A stretch of 64,000 nucleotides of DNA from Octopus vulgaris (taxonomy: Eukaryota). Location: the NCBI GenBank assembly GCA_951406725.2, contig OX597833.1, positions 41,106,001 to 41,170,000 of the forward strand, read 5' to 3'. Shown in pieces: positions 40,517-55,537 of the stretch. A program made the translations under genes and the position numbers. Every line of letters starts with the position of its first letter. Position 1 is the first letter of the stretch. Below the pieces are notes generated by a model, which saw only the letters and a list, made by a program, of their open reading frames with translations, did not search any database and was not told the DNA's origin.

Positions 40517-40917
40517 GCGGCAAGCTGGCAGAATTGTTAGCACGCCGGGCGAAATGCGTAGTCGTATTTCGTCGGCCGTTACGTTCTGAGTTCAAATTCC
40601 GCCCAGGTCGACTTTGCCTTTCATCCTTTCGGGGTCGATAAATTAAGTAACAGTTACACACTGGGGTCGATGTAATCGACTTAATCCGTTTGTCTGTCCT
40701 TGTTTGTCCATTTTGTGTTTAGCCCCATGTGGATAGTAAAGAAATAAGTATTTTGTCCATCTTCACGTTCTGAGTTCAAATCCTACGATGTCGACATTGC
40801 CTTTCATCCTTTCAGGGTCGATAAAAATAAGCACCCATCAAGCACTAGGGTCGATGTAATCGACTAACCCCTTCCCTAAAAAATAATTCAGGCCTTGTGC
40901 CTATAGAAGAAAGGATT
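40517..40917 (+). mobile_element. SINE family A dimer
   Basis: Head at 40517; restart junction GAAATAAGTATTTTGTC at ~40741. Confidence 0.85.
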
Positions 40918-42902
40918 GTGGTTCTTGTTTAATCAAAGGTCAACCTATAACGAACAGACTTATGTTCAGAGAAATTCCAACTGTGATAACCCTATCATTT
41001 TTTGTTCAGACACATTGGGAGCCACAAGGGAGCCTCTTTCAATCAGGTTTGCCTATTTATCCTTACTGGGGAAACTCCCTCTCTCGGTCGCAGCCCTGGA
41101 CAAGGTACATTTTGTTTTTGTTTTTATGAAAGATTAGCAGCAGTCCATACAGCAAGTTTTCCCTTCTCCTCGCTACTAATATTGCCCAAAGGGATTGCAA
41201 AATCTGATACAGATTGGGACCAGTATCACTGTTGAGAAAATCAGAATGTAAACAACCAGAACAAATACCGCAAGGTATTTTGTTCAACGCTAGGGCCAAT
41301 AGGAGGCGGCTTCAGCCAGTACATTGGTCAGGGTTTTGGGAACCGAGAAAAAGTTCGTAACTTTGTGTTGCGCCCTTCACTAAAAAATAACATCTCAGCT
41401 CCCTTAAATTTTGGGATTCTCAGCCTCTCGAAAGTACACATGTGTAACATTACCAAATTTCTCTACGTGACCCCATTCTATTCACTAACAGTTCTTCCAA
41501 TCCACTGTTGATCTGTGTTTTACACGAAAACACTTCCTTCTATTAATTCCTCACTCCATCAGAAAGACGAAAAGCGAGAATTGAACTCAGGACGCGAAAA
41601 CCCGGAACAAATAGCGTAAGGCTGATGCTCCAATGATTCTGACCATCCGTCAATTTTCTCCAGGGTTCCAAGTACATCCTTGTTGTTGTTATTACTTATA
41701 ATGATGATGATGATGCTGTTGTTGTTGCTTCTACTGCAGCTGTTGCCATCGACACCCGGAAATAAGCTGTTTCTTCAAAATCAATGTTTTCTGTGTCCTC
41801 ATCGAGCAAATTATTTTCTACGACTCGTAGACATGGGCACTTCCTCAGAGGTTTCAAAATATGTTAAGAGGTTTGTTACGCTCGGCTCTTATGTGGGATA
41901 CAAAATCGTTTCAAGGGAAACACATCCAACACTAAAGCAAATTTATGGGACTGTTTAACAGGCCATTTCACTCTCATAGGGAAAAACCGTTGAGTACAAT
42001 CTGTCGGGCACTGATTTTCTCTGCAGCAACTCCTCTGTACATTCTACTACCATTCTACTTTTACGTTTCGAGCCTACGCTCTTAACAGAAAGGAATCAGA
42101 GAAATTAAACAGTGAGTGAAAGAAAACTTGTAGATTTCATCCGTTCAGCATGGCGAATGATTGAAAATTCTGTGATTGCTTGCTTGCGTGCTTGCTTGCT
42201 TGCTTGCTTGCGCACGTGGTTGTCTGTAATTTAATACAACCAAACCGGCGCATAATGGAAAAATACTCTGAAAGTAAGGTACCTCTGAAATGTGAATACA
42301 AACGGAATAAAACAAGTTTTGCGTAAATCGGACCACGAATTCCCGAGATATATGGGGTTTTTTTGGTGGGGTACCTTCATAAATAGCCAAAATGGTGCAT
42401 AATAGGAAAATACTCCGAAAGTAACATAACTCTAAAATGGGAATATATAATACTGTGAAAATTGTTTCCATTAATTTTATGTTCACGTTGTATAACAATC
42501 CCTTTTGCATTTTTGTAGAAGTTTGCAGATATGCCATAAATAAATACTGTTAATCGGGTTCAGATTTATCCCGGGAGTTCTATTTCTATTAGACGCTGTA
42601 AATAATCAATGTTTTATAACCTGAACTGTCAGTGACCCAACGGGTCACGGGTAGTCTTGTCTGTGTGTGTGTGTCCCCTCGTGTCTGTCTTTGCCCCACC
42701 ACCATCGCTTGACGACCAGTGCATAGCGGTTTAGCAAATGGGACGCATAGAATAAGTACAAGGCTTTAAAAATACGTCCTGGGGTCGAGTTGTTCGACTA
42801 AAACCCTTCAAAGTGGTGCCCCAGCATGGCTACAATCAAATAGCTGAAACAAAAAACAAAAAAGATAAAAGATTATTTTGCATTCTTCCGGCCTTTCCCA
42901 AG

Positions 42903-42933
<31 letters not shown>

Positions 42934-43779
42934 CGCGTCTATGTATGTGTATGTGTGTATTAGAGCTTATGTGTGCGTGTCTGTGTGTTTATATGGATGT
43001 ATTTACATGCGTATGTATGCTTGTATATATGTGTACTTATGCGTATGTTGATGCATGTATGCGACTGTTTGAGTTTATGAATATATATATATATATATGT
43101 GTGTGTATGTTTGTGGTGTGGATCTATTTAATCTCTCACTACTTATTCTGACCTCTGGCGGTGAGACCATGTAACTAAACACAGCCAATTTAGACAATCT
43201 ACAAATAGTTATAATTGTGGCGGTGTCAGTTTATCAACATCCAGTATCATCGCCACCGCCACCATACTACCACCGCCACCATACTACCACCGCCATACCA
43301 CCACTGTCACCACAACCACCATGATAGGAGCTCTATCACCACCAACACCACTACAACTACAATATCAGCACCACCAACACTCAACACTCAACACCACCAC
43401 CACTACCAATACAACACCAACACTACCCACACTACTACGACTAGCACTACAACACCACTAATACCAACACCACCATCAATACTACCAGTACAACACCAAT
43501 TCCAACACCACTATACCAAAATCATTACACCAACGCTGCCACTCTACCTCCACCCTCACAATTAACATCAATTCAGGCAGAGTCGACCTTGGTAGAATTT
43601 GAACTCAGAGCGCAGCGACGGGCTTTCCAGCTCACCATAATAATGGCTTTCTCTACGTGGTTGCTCGGCCAATCAGCTATAAATAGCAGCCAAATCTTTA
43701 TATAATATTGCACCTACCATCCTCTCTCTGTCTTGGGTATTTTGCATTCCTATGTTCTTATCTCACTCTGTTTCAATAT

Positions 43780-44850
43780 CATCGAACAAGTCTTTTCTTG
43801 GTCAGCCGTTCCTTTTATCTTCCCTTTTTCCAAACACGCTTCTTTTTGCTGATGATCCGGTCGTTCAACAAAAGTGACTGAACCACTCTAATGTTTTCGA
43901 TCTTGCTGTTTCTATAAGTCTTTCTCTTTCCCCAATCCATCGCATTAAGACTGACTAAGACTGACCTAAGCATTAATCCATTTCGTTTGTCCTTCCATGT
44001 AACGCAAAGAATTTTGTAAAAGTATCTCATTTTGAATGTTAACAATTTCGTCTCAATAACTTCTGAGTATGTTCAGTTGTCACATCAATACAATTTCATT
44101 ATCATAGGTTTTTTAGTTTTAGTTTATCGCTCGTTGTTTCAAGTCTTAGTCATTTTTGCTAACTGCGAAGAGCTAATAAGATGGTGAGCTGGCAGAATTG
44201 TTAAAGCGTCAGAAGAAAAATTTTTCGTATTTCTTCCAATTCGTTACATTCTGAGTCTAAGTTTGACCGAGGTCGACTTCACCTTTTCTTCTTTTAGGTC
44301 GATAAAATAAGTATCAGTCAAGTACTATCCTCCTAAAATTGCTGGCCTTGTGTCAAAATTTGAAATAAGGATTTGTGAAGAAGTAACGCAGAAGTTCACA
44401 CTAGAAACAAATTAAAATGCCAGTACAATCCTCGGTAATGTAAAGGGAAAGGAGTCCTGGATTACGAACGACATTCTAGAAAGTGTGACTAAAAGAAGAG
44501 CACTAAAATTCAAGAAGGATAATAGTATTGCTGCCAAATATACCAAACATTGAAGTCCAAAAACAAATTAGAGTTGCTAAGTAGAATTTCATACGGAAGA
44601 AACGCTAAGAGATGCCAGAGGGGTTTGAGAAAAATAGCACGAGAATGTATAAAAACTGCCATTGAAATCATAAGGAAAAAAAATGTAACGATAGCTATTG
44701 AAGACAAAAATGGATAGAAACTGAAATGTAGGAAACAAATGAGGTAAAATAGACGGAAATTTGAAGGAGCTATAAACAATTATCCCATTAGGACAGATTC
44801 GATAACCAGCACATTATGGATGAAGAGGAACCTTGAAATGCGGAGCAAGA
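43780..44850. mobile_element. decayed RTE-type LINE fragments (- ~43780-44100; + ~44400-44850) separated by a SINE A copy (44180-44370)
   Basis: TFKMRYFYKILCVTWKDK resembles AFEMRCYRRIL.ISWKDK; KESWITNDILESVTKRRALK resembles the RTE K.WI...TL..I..RR linker. Confidence 0.5.
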
Positions 44851-44863
44851 GCTAGAGCTATAT

Positions 44864-45385
44864 ATCAATCAACGTTCCGTCTGCTTAACTATCAAATATG
44901 ACGCACAAACTCTGCTTATCCAATTATATGTTGCTGTTTTCCTAACATTATGTGCAAAAGCAATGGATTATTAGTCCTTTTGTTCTGCAGCCGATAGTTC
45001 ATAGTATCTGAGAGAACAGTGAACACTCATAGTTATGAATGAAAAATCATTTCGTTCCGCACCAAAGAGTACATGCAAGTATCAGTTGAAACCCTGTCTA
45101 TTTTCTTGTTTAACACCGCGTGAAATAGCAGTACTTATAGCTTAGACCAAGCTATTGATTGCTGCTTTGTGACTGATCTCTAAAATTTGTCGCTTGGCTG
45201 TCGAAGGAATAGGACCAAGGCACAGTAAAGGAAATCTTGAATGCTGTCCCATGAGAACAGTTCACGCCTTACTTCTTACTCGTTACTTTTTGACAAAGTA
45301 TGAAATGGCTTTCGTCCCTTAGCTGTGTCTTACTTACTAGATTTGGCCCTTGCAGACTTTTTTCCCCATTAAATTTGAAATCTAC
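44864..45385 (+). repeat. ~520-bp direct duplication, copy 1 (copy 2 at 47939-48713)
   Basis: atcaatcaacgttccgtct...aaactctgcttatccaattatatgttgctgttttcctaacattatg...ttactagatttggcccttgcagact...aaatttgaaatctac occurs at both sites. Confidence 0.9.
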
Positions 45386-45392
45386 ATTGATG

Positions 45393-45447
<55 letters not shown>

Positions 45448-45881
45448 GGGGGGCATCCGCCGGAATAGCGCGTCGCTGCATTCACCATTTGACGTGTCGG
45501 CGATTCCCTACTCCTGGCGGATGAGCACCTTTACACCACTCAGGTGTCGGCACACAAATCCATGGGTCTGTTTGTATAGTCGTTGCTGGTGAGTGTTTTA
45601 CGAGCTCGGAATGCAAATCCTGTCCCAACCTCTTTTAGTCGACTTTTACGATACGCAAAGGTAACGTTGGGTCTATTCTTTGACATAGCGGTCCCCACAC
45701 AGCACGCCTAACGAAAAATTACCTTGAATTTTTTTCAGTAGTGTAGCCCGCCTGATGATGAACCATGTCTTATGCGACCCACTTATTGAAAAAGATTACC
45801 CATAACTGGTCAACCTTCTCTCAAACCAGATTTGTTGATTTAGCAGACGGAGTATTGAATCGAATATTATTAGAAAATTTA

Positions 45882-46385
<504 letters not shown>

Positions 46386-46959
46386 AAAAAAAAAACGTTG
46401 CTAAGCATTGTGTTGCATAAAGTGTATTGTTAGATAACAATATACTTTACGCTAGATGATCATTATGATATACAAGAAAGAAAACATTTACAAAAAAAAC
46501 TTACCATGGTCGCACTCAGATAACCTTAAAATAGTTTCCATGTTCAAACATATTTTTGTAATCATACACCAAAAGCTACCTACTTTGTTCATTTTTGATC
46601 AAAACCATAAGAAAAAAGATCTACAGTTTCAAAATTTCATGTTATAACATTTTCCTTATTAAAAACAATTAATTGAGGATTTACAGTCTATTTGGAACTT
46701 AAATCCTCAAACTTGAAAGAATCCACCCCCTTTCCCGGTAGAGTCGAAAACATTATTGTTCCGGCTTGTAAAATTTCTCTCGGAGGCCTTTACTGACTCG
46801 GGTTCAACAAATCAAACAACAACAACAATAACAAAAACAGCAACAGTAATTCCTTCAAACTATTCGTTCAACTTCTTCAGTCATCTTATTAAACAATCGA
46901 ATTAATTGTCTGAGAAGCATGCTGTTTCTGTTAGTGATGTGCTTGCTGCTGCTGTTGTT

Positions 46960-46990
<31 letters not shown>

Positions 46991-47192
46991 TTAAGCAACA
47001 AGACGGGTAAGGGTGATTAGGTGATGGTCTAGGGCTTAGGGGCGGGAGACCCCAGACCTTGGAAAAAACGTCTTGTTGTAGTCGAAGGCTCTTCGTTGAC
47101 GCCCGACACCACTGGGAGGTGGCCCTCGAAGTCGCTGGAAATGGAGATCTCCAGGTCCAAATTCTTGAACGGCTGCTGCTGCTGCTGCTGCA

Positions 47193-47244
<52 letters not shown>

Positions 47245-47979
47245 ACGACGACGATGATGATGATGATGTTCGTCTTGTTATAGAAGTGGCTGTTGTTAGT
47301 ACTACTGATGTTATCACCACCACGACCACCACGTCTGCCACTATCACAAGCACCTCCACCACTTTCACGAACAACTATGACTGTTACCTCCGCCACCATC
47401 ACTATCACTACCACTACCACTGTTATCACCACCGCCACCATCACCACCTCTGCCACTGTTACCACCCTTTCCAACACCATATCTACTACTACACCACCAC
47501 TATTCCTACTTCAACCAAAAGTTCTCCAGCTTTGATTAACCTTTGCTTTCAGAAAATATATTTAAACATTTTTTTATATGCAAGTTAGAATACTTACGAA
47601 GTAAATCAAAATAAATTCAAGCCAAATTGAAATAATCTCAAAATAAATTAACCTCGAAGCAAATTAAATTTTCTTTTAATTAAATAATGCCATCAAACTA
47701 TATTTCCGATGCCCTTAACTAGACGTTACAGTATAATTTTGAACGGCAACAATTTTTGAACAAGTTTCAAAACGTCTTTCATGAGTTTAAGAGAATCATC
47801 TGTTTTGAAAACAGTTACTTCGACAACAAATGCACTTGTTTCATGGATATCATTTTTCTATGAAGACAGTTTGCTATAGTTTGCCAAAGTTTAGATGTAA
47901 CTGTCACAATTATTTTTCCATCTTAACTATGAGCGTTCATCAATCAACGTTCCGTCTTCTTAACTATCTACATCGCGGA

Positions 47980-48203
47980 AAGGCGGCGAGCTGGCAGAAA
48001 CGTTAGCACGCCGGGCGAAATGCGTAGCCGTATTTCGTATTTCTTAGTTCAAATTCCGCCGAGGTCAACTTTGCCTTTCATCCTTTCGGGGTCGATAAAT
48101 TAAGAATCAGTTACGCACTGGAGTCGATATAATCGACTTAATCCGTTTGTCTGTCCTTGTCTGTCCTCTCTGTGCTTAGTCCCTTGTGGGTAGTAAAGAA
48201 ATA
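47980..48203 (+). mobile_element. SINE family A with a 15-bp TSD, inserted in duplication copy 2
   Basis: TSD tatctacatcgcgga at 47965-47979 and 48204-48218. Absent from copy 1. Confidence 0.92.
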
Positions 48204-48867
48204 TATCTACATCGCGGATCAAATATGATGCATAAACTCTGCTTATCCAATTATATGTTGCTGTTTTCCTAACATTATGCACAAAAGCAATGGATTCTTA
48301 GTCCTTTTTTTCTGTAGCAGATAGTTCATAGTATCTGAGAGAACAGCGAACACTCATAGTTATGAATGAAAAATCATTTCATTCCGCAGCAAAGAGTACA
48401 TACAAGTATCAGTCGAAACCCTGTCTATTTCCCTGTTTAACACCGCGTGAAATAGCAGTACTTATAGCTTAGACCAAGCTATTGATTGCAGCTTTGAGAT
48501 TGATCTCTAAAATTTGTCGCTTGGCTATCGAAGAAAGAGAACTAAGGCACAGTAAAGGAAAACTTGAATGCTGTCCCATGAGAACAGTTCACGCCTTACT
48601 TCTTACTCGTTACTTTTTGACAACGTATGAGATGGCTTTCGTCCATCAGCTGCGTCTTACTTACTAGATTTGGCCCTTGCAGACTCCCCCCCTCCACTAA
48701 ATTTGAAATCTACCTTGAAGATGTTCCCAAATTTATTATGTGCGCTTCATGAACGTGTAATTGGGGATGTATGTGTGAATAGAAATCTGCATATTTATAT
48801 CACGTTTCAAAGAATTGTGAGTCAGTATATGTACATATACGTGTGTGTATGCTTGAATGTATGTACG

Positions 48868-49481
48868 TCATTATTCAGTTTTATTTCAAGATTTCTCGCT
48901 AATAGAGAAAGAACCGATTTCTAACCTAGATCCAAGTCTCCTTCATTAGAATTTCAACAACATCAACAGGTTATTTTTAAATGTATGTGTGCATATGCAG
49001 TATTTTGAGTTAGTACATGTGCAGATATGTATGTTTTGTTGTATGTATATATTCTCATGCATATAGTTGCGCATATATTCTTAAATGATAAACTTCTGGA
49101 AAATTTTACAGATCTTTACAGTTCTAGTGATGGCTTGAATCTGTAGCCTTCGAATCAGCTTTCTCCCTTTTGGTTTTGAGAAACCTAATTTCACAAGATT
49201 GGTACTTAGGCAGTGTGTTACATATCCCAAAACCCCAATAATTACATGTATAAACTTGAACTTTTAATCTGGGTAGAGTAACTATAGATTCCTTAATAGT
49301 CCAGCGTTGGTATTTATTTTCACTTTATGTTAACATCTGCAGGGCAGCTGATTTCTACTACTGTATATAGTTTCTTTTCTCAGTCCCAAATCACTATGTC
49401 AGGTCTGTTATCCTTACACTCCACCAATACTCCTTCTTACTATGAGTGGCTATGTCCTCTACCATACTGTGGGTCCTTATT
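48868..49481 (-). mobile_element. 5'-truncated R4/Dong-like RLE non-LTR retrotransposon (RLE domain and 3' UTR)
   Basis: Minus strand encodes NRPDIVIWD*EKKLYTVVEISCPADVNI and GYVTHCLSTNLVKLGFSKPKGRKLIRRLQIQAITRTVKICKIFQKFII*, a PD..(D/E) restriction-like endonuclease. It ends AATAAAACTGAATAATGA and is homologous to 58073-58513. Confidence 0.8.
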
Positions 49482-49851
49482 GTATGTACGTAAGTATGTA
49501 TGTACATATGTAAGTATGTATGTATGTATGTATGTATGTATGTACTAACATTCACTGAATTTTCACTCAAAACTACTAAACCAACGCTATTCGTTGTCCA
49601 AGACAGCTAGCTCCGTTTCTTGTTGCCCTTCCTCTTTCTATTCTCTTCACATACACAGATTCAGAGTCAACAAGACGGCCAAGGTGGCCAGCCTCCCGAC
49701 CAAACAAGTTTCTCCAATTCGCTTTAAAATAACAACCACTCTTACCATTTTCAAACCACCAACTCCACCATTCCCTTCATTTCCATTACCGTCCTTCGAA
49801 TCACCTTGTCCATCTACCCCTTTCCTAAACACACATTAACACATTCGCTTA

Positions 49852-49888
<37 letters not shown>

Positions 49889-51159
49889 ACAGAAACACGC
49901 ACTTTACACATATCCACACAACACTTATATCCTCATTGCTCTGATTTATCCGCGTTAGCGCTTTCTCGCTTCTTTTAACTAGGATATTCAACCTTCGGTC
50001 GACATGTGATCCGTTTCAGATTCATAGATTCATTGCCCCGCCGCACCCAACACCACCCAACCCGACCCAAACCCACCCCGTCAAAAAAAAAGGGATTAAA
50101 AGATGAGAAATGAAAGGAAGTTAGTAAAGGAGGAAGAAACGATACAAACCTCTGGGTTTTACAAACCAATGAAAATAATGGCAAAGAGGGAGTCAGGTGG
50201 TGGTGGTGGTGCTGGTGCTGGTGGTGGTGGTGATGGTCGTCGTCGTCGTGGAGTTGGTGGTGGTGGTGGTTTCGTTAGCGATGGTGGGTGGTGGTGGTGG
50301 GGGTTGTGGCAGGCGGTGATGATACTGGTAGTGGTGCCGATGGTGGTGGTGGTGGAGGTGGTGGTGGTGGTGGTGGTGGTGTTGGTGGTGGTGACAGTGT
50401 TGGTGGCGGTGGTAACTTTGGTGGTGACAGTGGTGGGGGTGCGCTAGTAACAGTGGTGGTGGTGGTGGTGGCGGCGGTGGTGGTGGCGGTGGTGGTGGCG
50501 GTGGTGGTGGTGGTGGTGGTGGTGGTGGTGGAGGTGGTAGCGGTTGCAGTTTTGGTGGCGGTTATGCGGTAGCAGTCGTATCGGTGTAGGTTTTTTTTTT
50601 TTAGAGGCCTGAGATTGAGTCGAGCGAATTTATCTGAGAATGCCGATAAAAATCTACGACACAAGTATATCGATGCTAGCAATTAGGATATATAACAAAA
50701 ACGACAGGACCTAGGACCTACTACCGACCTCGCCAACAATCATCTACATTCTGATCAAAGGCATTCAGAAAGACCAGCGAAGCGCACGGAATGCGGGAGG
50801 TCCAGTTCAAGAAACTACGTGCTGTTGTTGTTGTTGTTCTTCTTCTTTTAATCGTTGTTATCGTTGTTGTTCTTAGTGTCGATGTTGTTGTAGCTGTTGT
50901 TGTTGTTGTTGTTGTAGCTGTTGTTGTTGTTGTTGTAGCTGTTGTTGTTGTTGTAGCTGTTGTTGTTGTTGTTGTTTTTCACTTGGAGAGATTTCAATCT
51001 CAAAATACAAGAAAAAGAAGAAAAAATTTAAAATAAATTAAAAAGCTCCGATGTTTTCGTAAGAGATTTTAATACTTCATCCTCGTCGGATTTATTTCAT
51101 CGTCCTTTTATAGTTTGTTGTTGCTGTTGTTGTTGCTGTTGTTATTGTTGTTGTTGTTG

Positions 51160-51225
<66 letters not shown>

Positions 51226-51368
51226 TCGTTGTTGTTTACTTTGGTGGAAGTGATGTGAGGAGAAGTGGATGGAGTCCGCTTTTAAAAATATCTTCTAGTC
51301 TCTCTCCCAACTAAATTATATATTCTTAACTTTTAATCGTTCTCACCTTCTCCTTCCCTCTGACTCTC

Positions 51369-51459
<91 letters not shown>

Positions 51460-51548
51460 ATGTGTGTGTGTGTGCCTGTGTGTACAGAAAGAAAGAGAAA
51501 GAAATAAAAATTTGTATATGCATGTATATATATTTGTGTGCGGGCATG

Positions 51549-51579
<31 letters not shown>

Positions 51580-52933
51580 TTATATATATATATATATATG
51601 TGAACACTTATAGCTACTTACATGCATGCATGCATACATACATACATACATACATACATACATACATACATACATACATACATACATACATACATACAAA
51701 TCCTTAATTCATATGCTATAAATGATCGCGATATCTGGGACGATAAAATCTGCAAGACCTTCTGAAGATTTAAATGATAATGGTTAAAACAAGATACTTT
51801 CTTTCACAACCTTGCTACCAAGTAGGTGGCCAGCCAAAACTTATTCTAAAATTAAAAAGAGAAAGAGAAGAACATATATGCATGCATACATATATCTGTG
51901 AATCTACATTCCCTGAAATGTCTGCATTTATTGAAAATCTCGTATCTAACGTTGTAACTGTTCGCTTGATATGTGAAATATTTCAGTTATGAAATCATCT
52001 TCTAAATTACAAAATTTACAGATTCATGTCATGTGATTCAACAGTTTAAACCATTCGTGAATTCTCCAATGGACATCGAATTTAATTTCTCTTTATTTCA
52101 AATTACAAATATATTTGAATAGTTTGATGACATTCCTCTTCTCTACAAATTTTGGAGGGTAGAATGTGATTGAGAAAGTGATATTTGAATTTGCCCTCCG
52201 ATGTTTTGACATGTCTACTTTTGCTTCGTAAAGATAACCTCAATGTCAAAGCTTGTTGCCTCCGTGTTCCAGGACTGATTAAGTGGGCATGACTATTAGT
52301 TTATGTAAGCGACATTTTACCATTCGTGGCCGGATGGACATCTCATAATTTTAATTCTCATGTTTGATCTATATATATGACTTAATCTCAAAACGTTTCT
52401 ATCAGACAATTTCCTGTAACGGTGGTTATAGAAAATGTTTTAATAGACACAAATTGAAATGCCTATTAATTAGTTAATGCTTATTAATTAGTTAATTTTT
52501 TGTTATGTGGCTTACTATAAGAAAGATGTTGAGTCAGATGATTTTTCCAAGATTCTTCTATTTGGTGGTGACAGAGAAATAATGGTTTAATGGCTCTCGT
52601 TCTTATATCCGCTTGCTCCTAGTGTATTATAATAGTAAGAATTACAGTGAAAATAACTTCATTCTACAGGAAGCTAGAGGTTCTTCGAATATTGTTGACT
52701 AGGTTTATGAAGACTATAAAGAGGTAGCTGAACGTTATATTATTAAATATGAGCATTTAGTTTGATTTCTTATATGGCTTACGCTTAAATATGATTAAGC
52801 TATGTAGCAATTAATACGCTAATACATATATGTATACATATATATACATAAACATATATACATACATACACATATATATACATATACATACACACATACA
52901 TATATACATACATATACATACATATACATACAT

Positions 52934-52997
<64 letters not shown>

Positions 52998-53002
<5 letters not shown>

Positions 53003-53151
53003 TTGATCACTTGACCGACCAGTCCGTCAGGCGTCCATTTGACACCGCTGGTCACAGCACACTGTCCACTCCTCTCTGGATCGCGCCTTTCTCATCCACG
53101 TGATCCCAATCGTCCTCCTGAAATCGTAACTCCACCGTCGTGGAGGTCTTC
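52998..53151 (-). mobile_element. 5'-truncated RTE LINE 3' end inserted in (TA)n
   Basis: Minus strand encodes [40 protein letters not shown] (RTE C-terminal GRP..RW.D....W...A..R..W), followed by a (CAAGTGAT)2 tail. Confidence 0.75.
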
Positions 53152-53179
53152 ATATATATATATATATATATATATATAA

Positions 53180-54138
<959 letters not shown>

Positions 54139-54514
54139 GAGCGAGAGAGCAGTGCATGCCATCAAAGTGACTCTGGGGTAAAATATACGAAGCCCAGTAT
54201 ACCCATCATGACAACTCATCTAATAAGGATACACTAGGCACATGCATCACAACCATATGTGCGCGACATGGTGATTTCATGTCAAGATAAACAGCACATG
54301 ACCTTGCAGGTGGGCCCAGTTAGAATTTTCTTCTGGTCGAGTAACCCACCCCGCTCAAAAGGTCCCTGAATAAGGGTTGTTTAAGGATGTTGAACGAGCC
54401 ACCCATGTTTCCATAGGTGAATTACTCAAATCCCAAAGAATCCCTCTCAACACATGGCTATGATGCTCCCCCACTACTTCTGCTCGTGATCAGAGATGCG
54501 CATATCGTCAGCCA
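54139..54514. mobile_element. unclassified retroposon-like insert embedded in (ATT)n, in the Barx intron
   Basis: About 375 bp of higher-complexity sequence flanked on both sides by long (ATT)n tracts (54061-54138 and 54515-54650). Confidence 0.55.
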
Positions 54515-54577
54515 TAATATTATTATTATTAATATTATTAAATATTTTTATCATTATTATTATTATTATTATTATTA

Positions 54578-54650
<73 letters not shown>

Positions 54651-54715
54651 CATTTGTTATTAATAATCTGTGTTACCCAGTTATAATTGTTACTATTTTG
54701 TCATCGTTCTGTTAG

Positions 54716-54880
54716 GTTATGCAGAAAGGCGGAACAGAACCCCCAACGAAACCAAAAGGCAGACCAAAGAAGAACTGTTTCCTTTATCCAGAAAAATGTA
54801 CGGAAGGTCAGTCAATGATCAGGGAAATAGATTTAAGTGAATCGTCAAGTTGTAGCGAAACTACTCGGGAAATTGAATGA
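54716..54880 (+). CDS. Barx: Barx terminal coding exon (homeodomain residue 60, Barx basic region, C-terminus)
   Basis: Acceptor ttctgttAG ends at 54715 and continues the frame: VMQKGGTEPPTKPKGRPKKNCFLYPEKCTEGQSMIREIDLSESSSCSETTREIE* (TGA 54878-54880). PTKPKGRPKKN matches the conserved Barx basic region after the BARX1/2 homeodomain. Too short to appear in the ORF track. Confidence 0.92.
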   Translation, partial: VMQKGGTEPPTKPKGRPKKNCFLYPEKCTEGQSMIREIDLSESSSCSETTREIE

Positions 54881-55239
54881 AAAATACAAGTCGCGTAGAG
54901 AGTGAAGAAAAAGACGAGGGAGACAAGAAGAAAAAAGGGGGAGAGAGGGGGGGATAATGACTGGAGACAGAATGAAAGAGAATGAGCGATAAAGAGAGTT
55001 TGTGTATGTGAAAAAAAAAGGAATAGGGAGAGATACAAAATGGTTTACAAACGGATTACACTGGACAAAATGTGAACGAATATTTTTTTCATTAATCTAT
55101 ATATTCAAATGTAAAATAAAAAAAACAAAAACAAACAATTTTCAACGTGAAGATTATGGTACAGAACGAAAAAAATTCAGTAATACGAATGGAATATGTT
55201 ACAATAAATTGAAATATATGTGTAAAAAAAGTATATACA

Positions 55240-55287
<48 letters not shown>

Positions 55288-55304
55288 CACACATACATAC
55301 ATAC

Positions 55305-55349
<45 letters not shown>

Positions 55350-55384
55350 TGTGTATGTGTGTATTTATATATACATAGATATAT

Positions 55385-55442
<58 letters not shown>

Positions 55443-55531
55443 TTACATTATAGGGCCAAAATGCCATTTGCAGCTGAATGATGAACAATAGCCATTCTTA
55501 TATATATAAGAGCAACAGACACTTTGATTTC

Positions 55532-55537
55532 AATAAA
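55532..55537 (+). promoter_or_regulatory. candidate polyadenylation signal for Barx
   Basis: AATAAA downstream of the stop codon. Several other AATAAA occur in this AT-rich stretch, so which one is used is unknown. Confidence 0.25.

Noticed and set aside
50196-50570. Gly/Val- or Pro/Thr-rich ORFs (also 8578-8769, 18598-18836, 39017-39549, 43215-43565)
   Set aside because: These are degenerate (GGT)n/(ACC)n/(AGT)n triplet repeats without splice or homology support.
54804-54812. Donor-like GAAG|GTCAGT within the last Barx exon, implying a further exon
   Set aside because: The frame stays open to a stop at 54880 and no downstream exon was recognised; RNA-seq would be needed.
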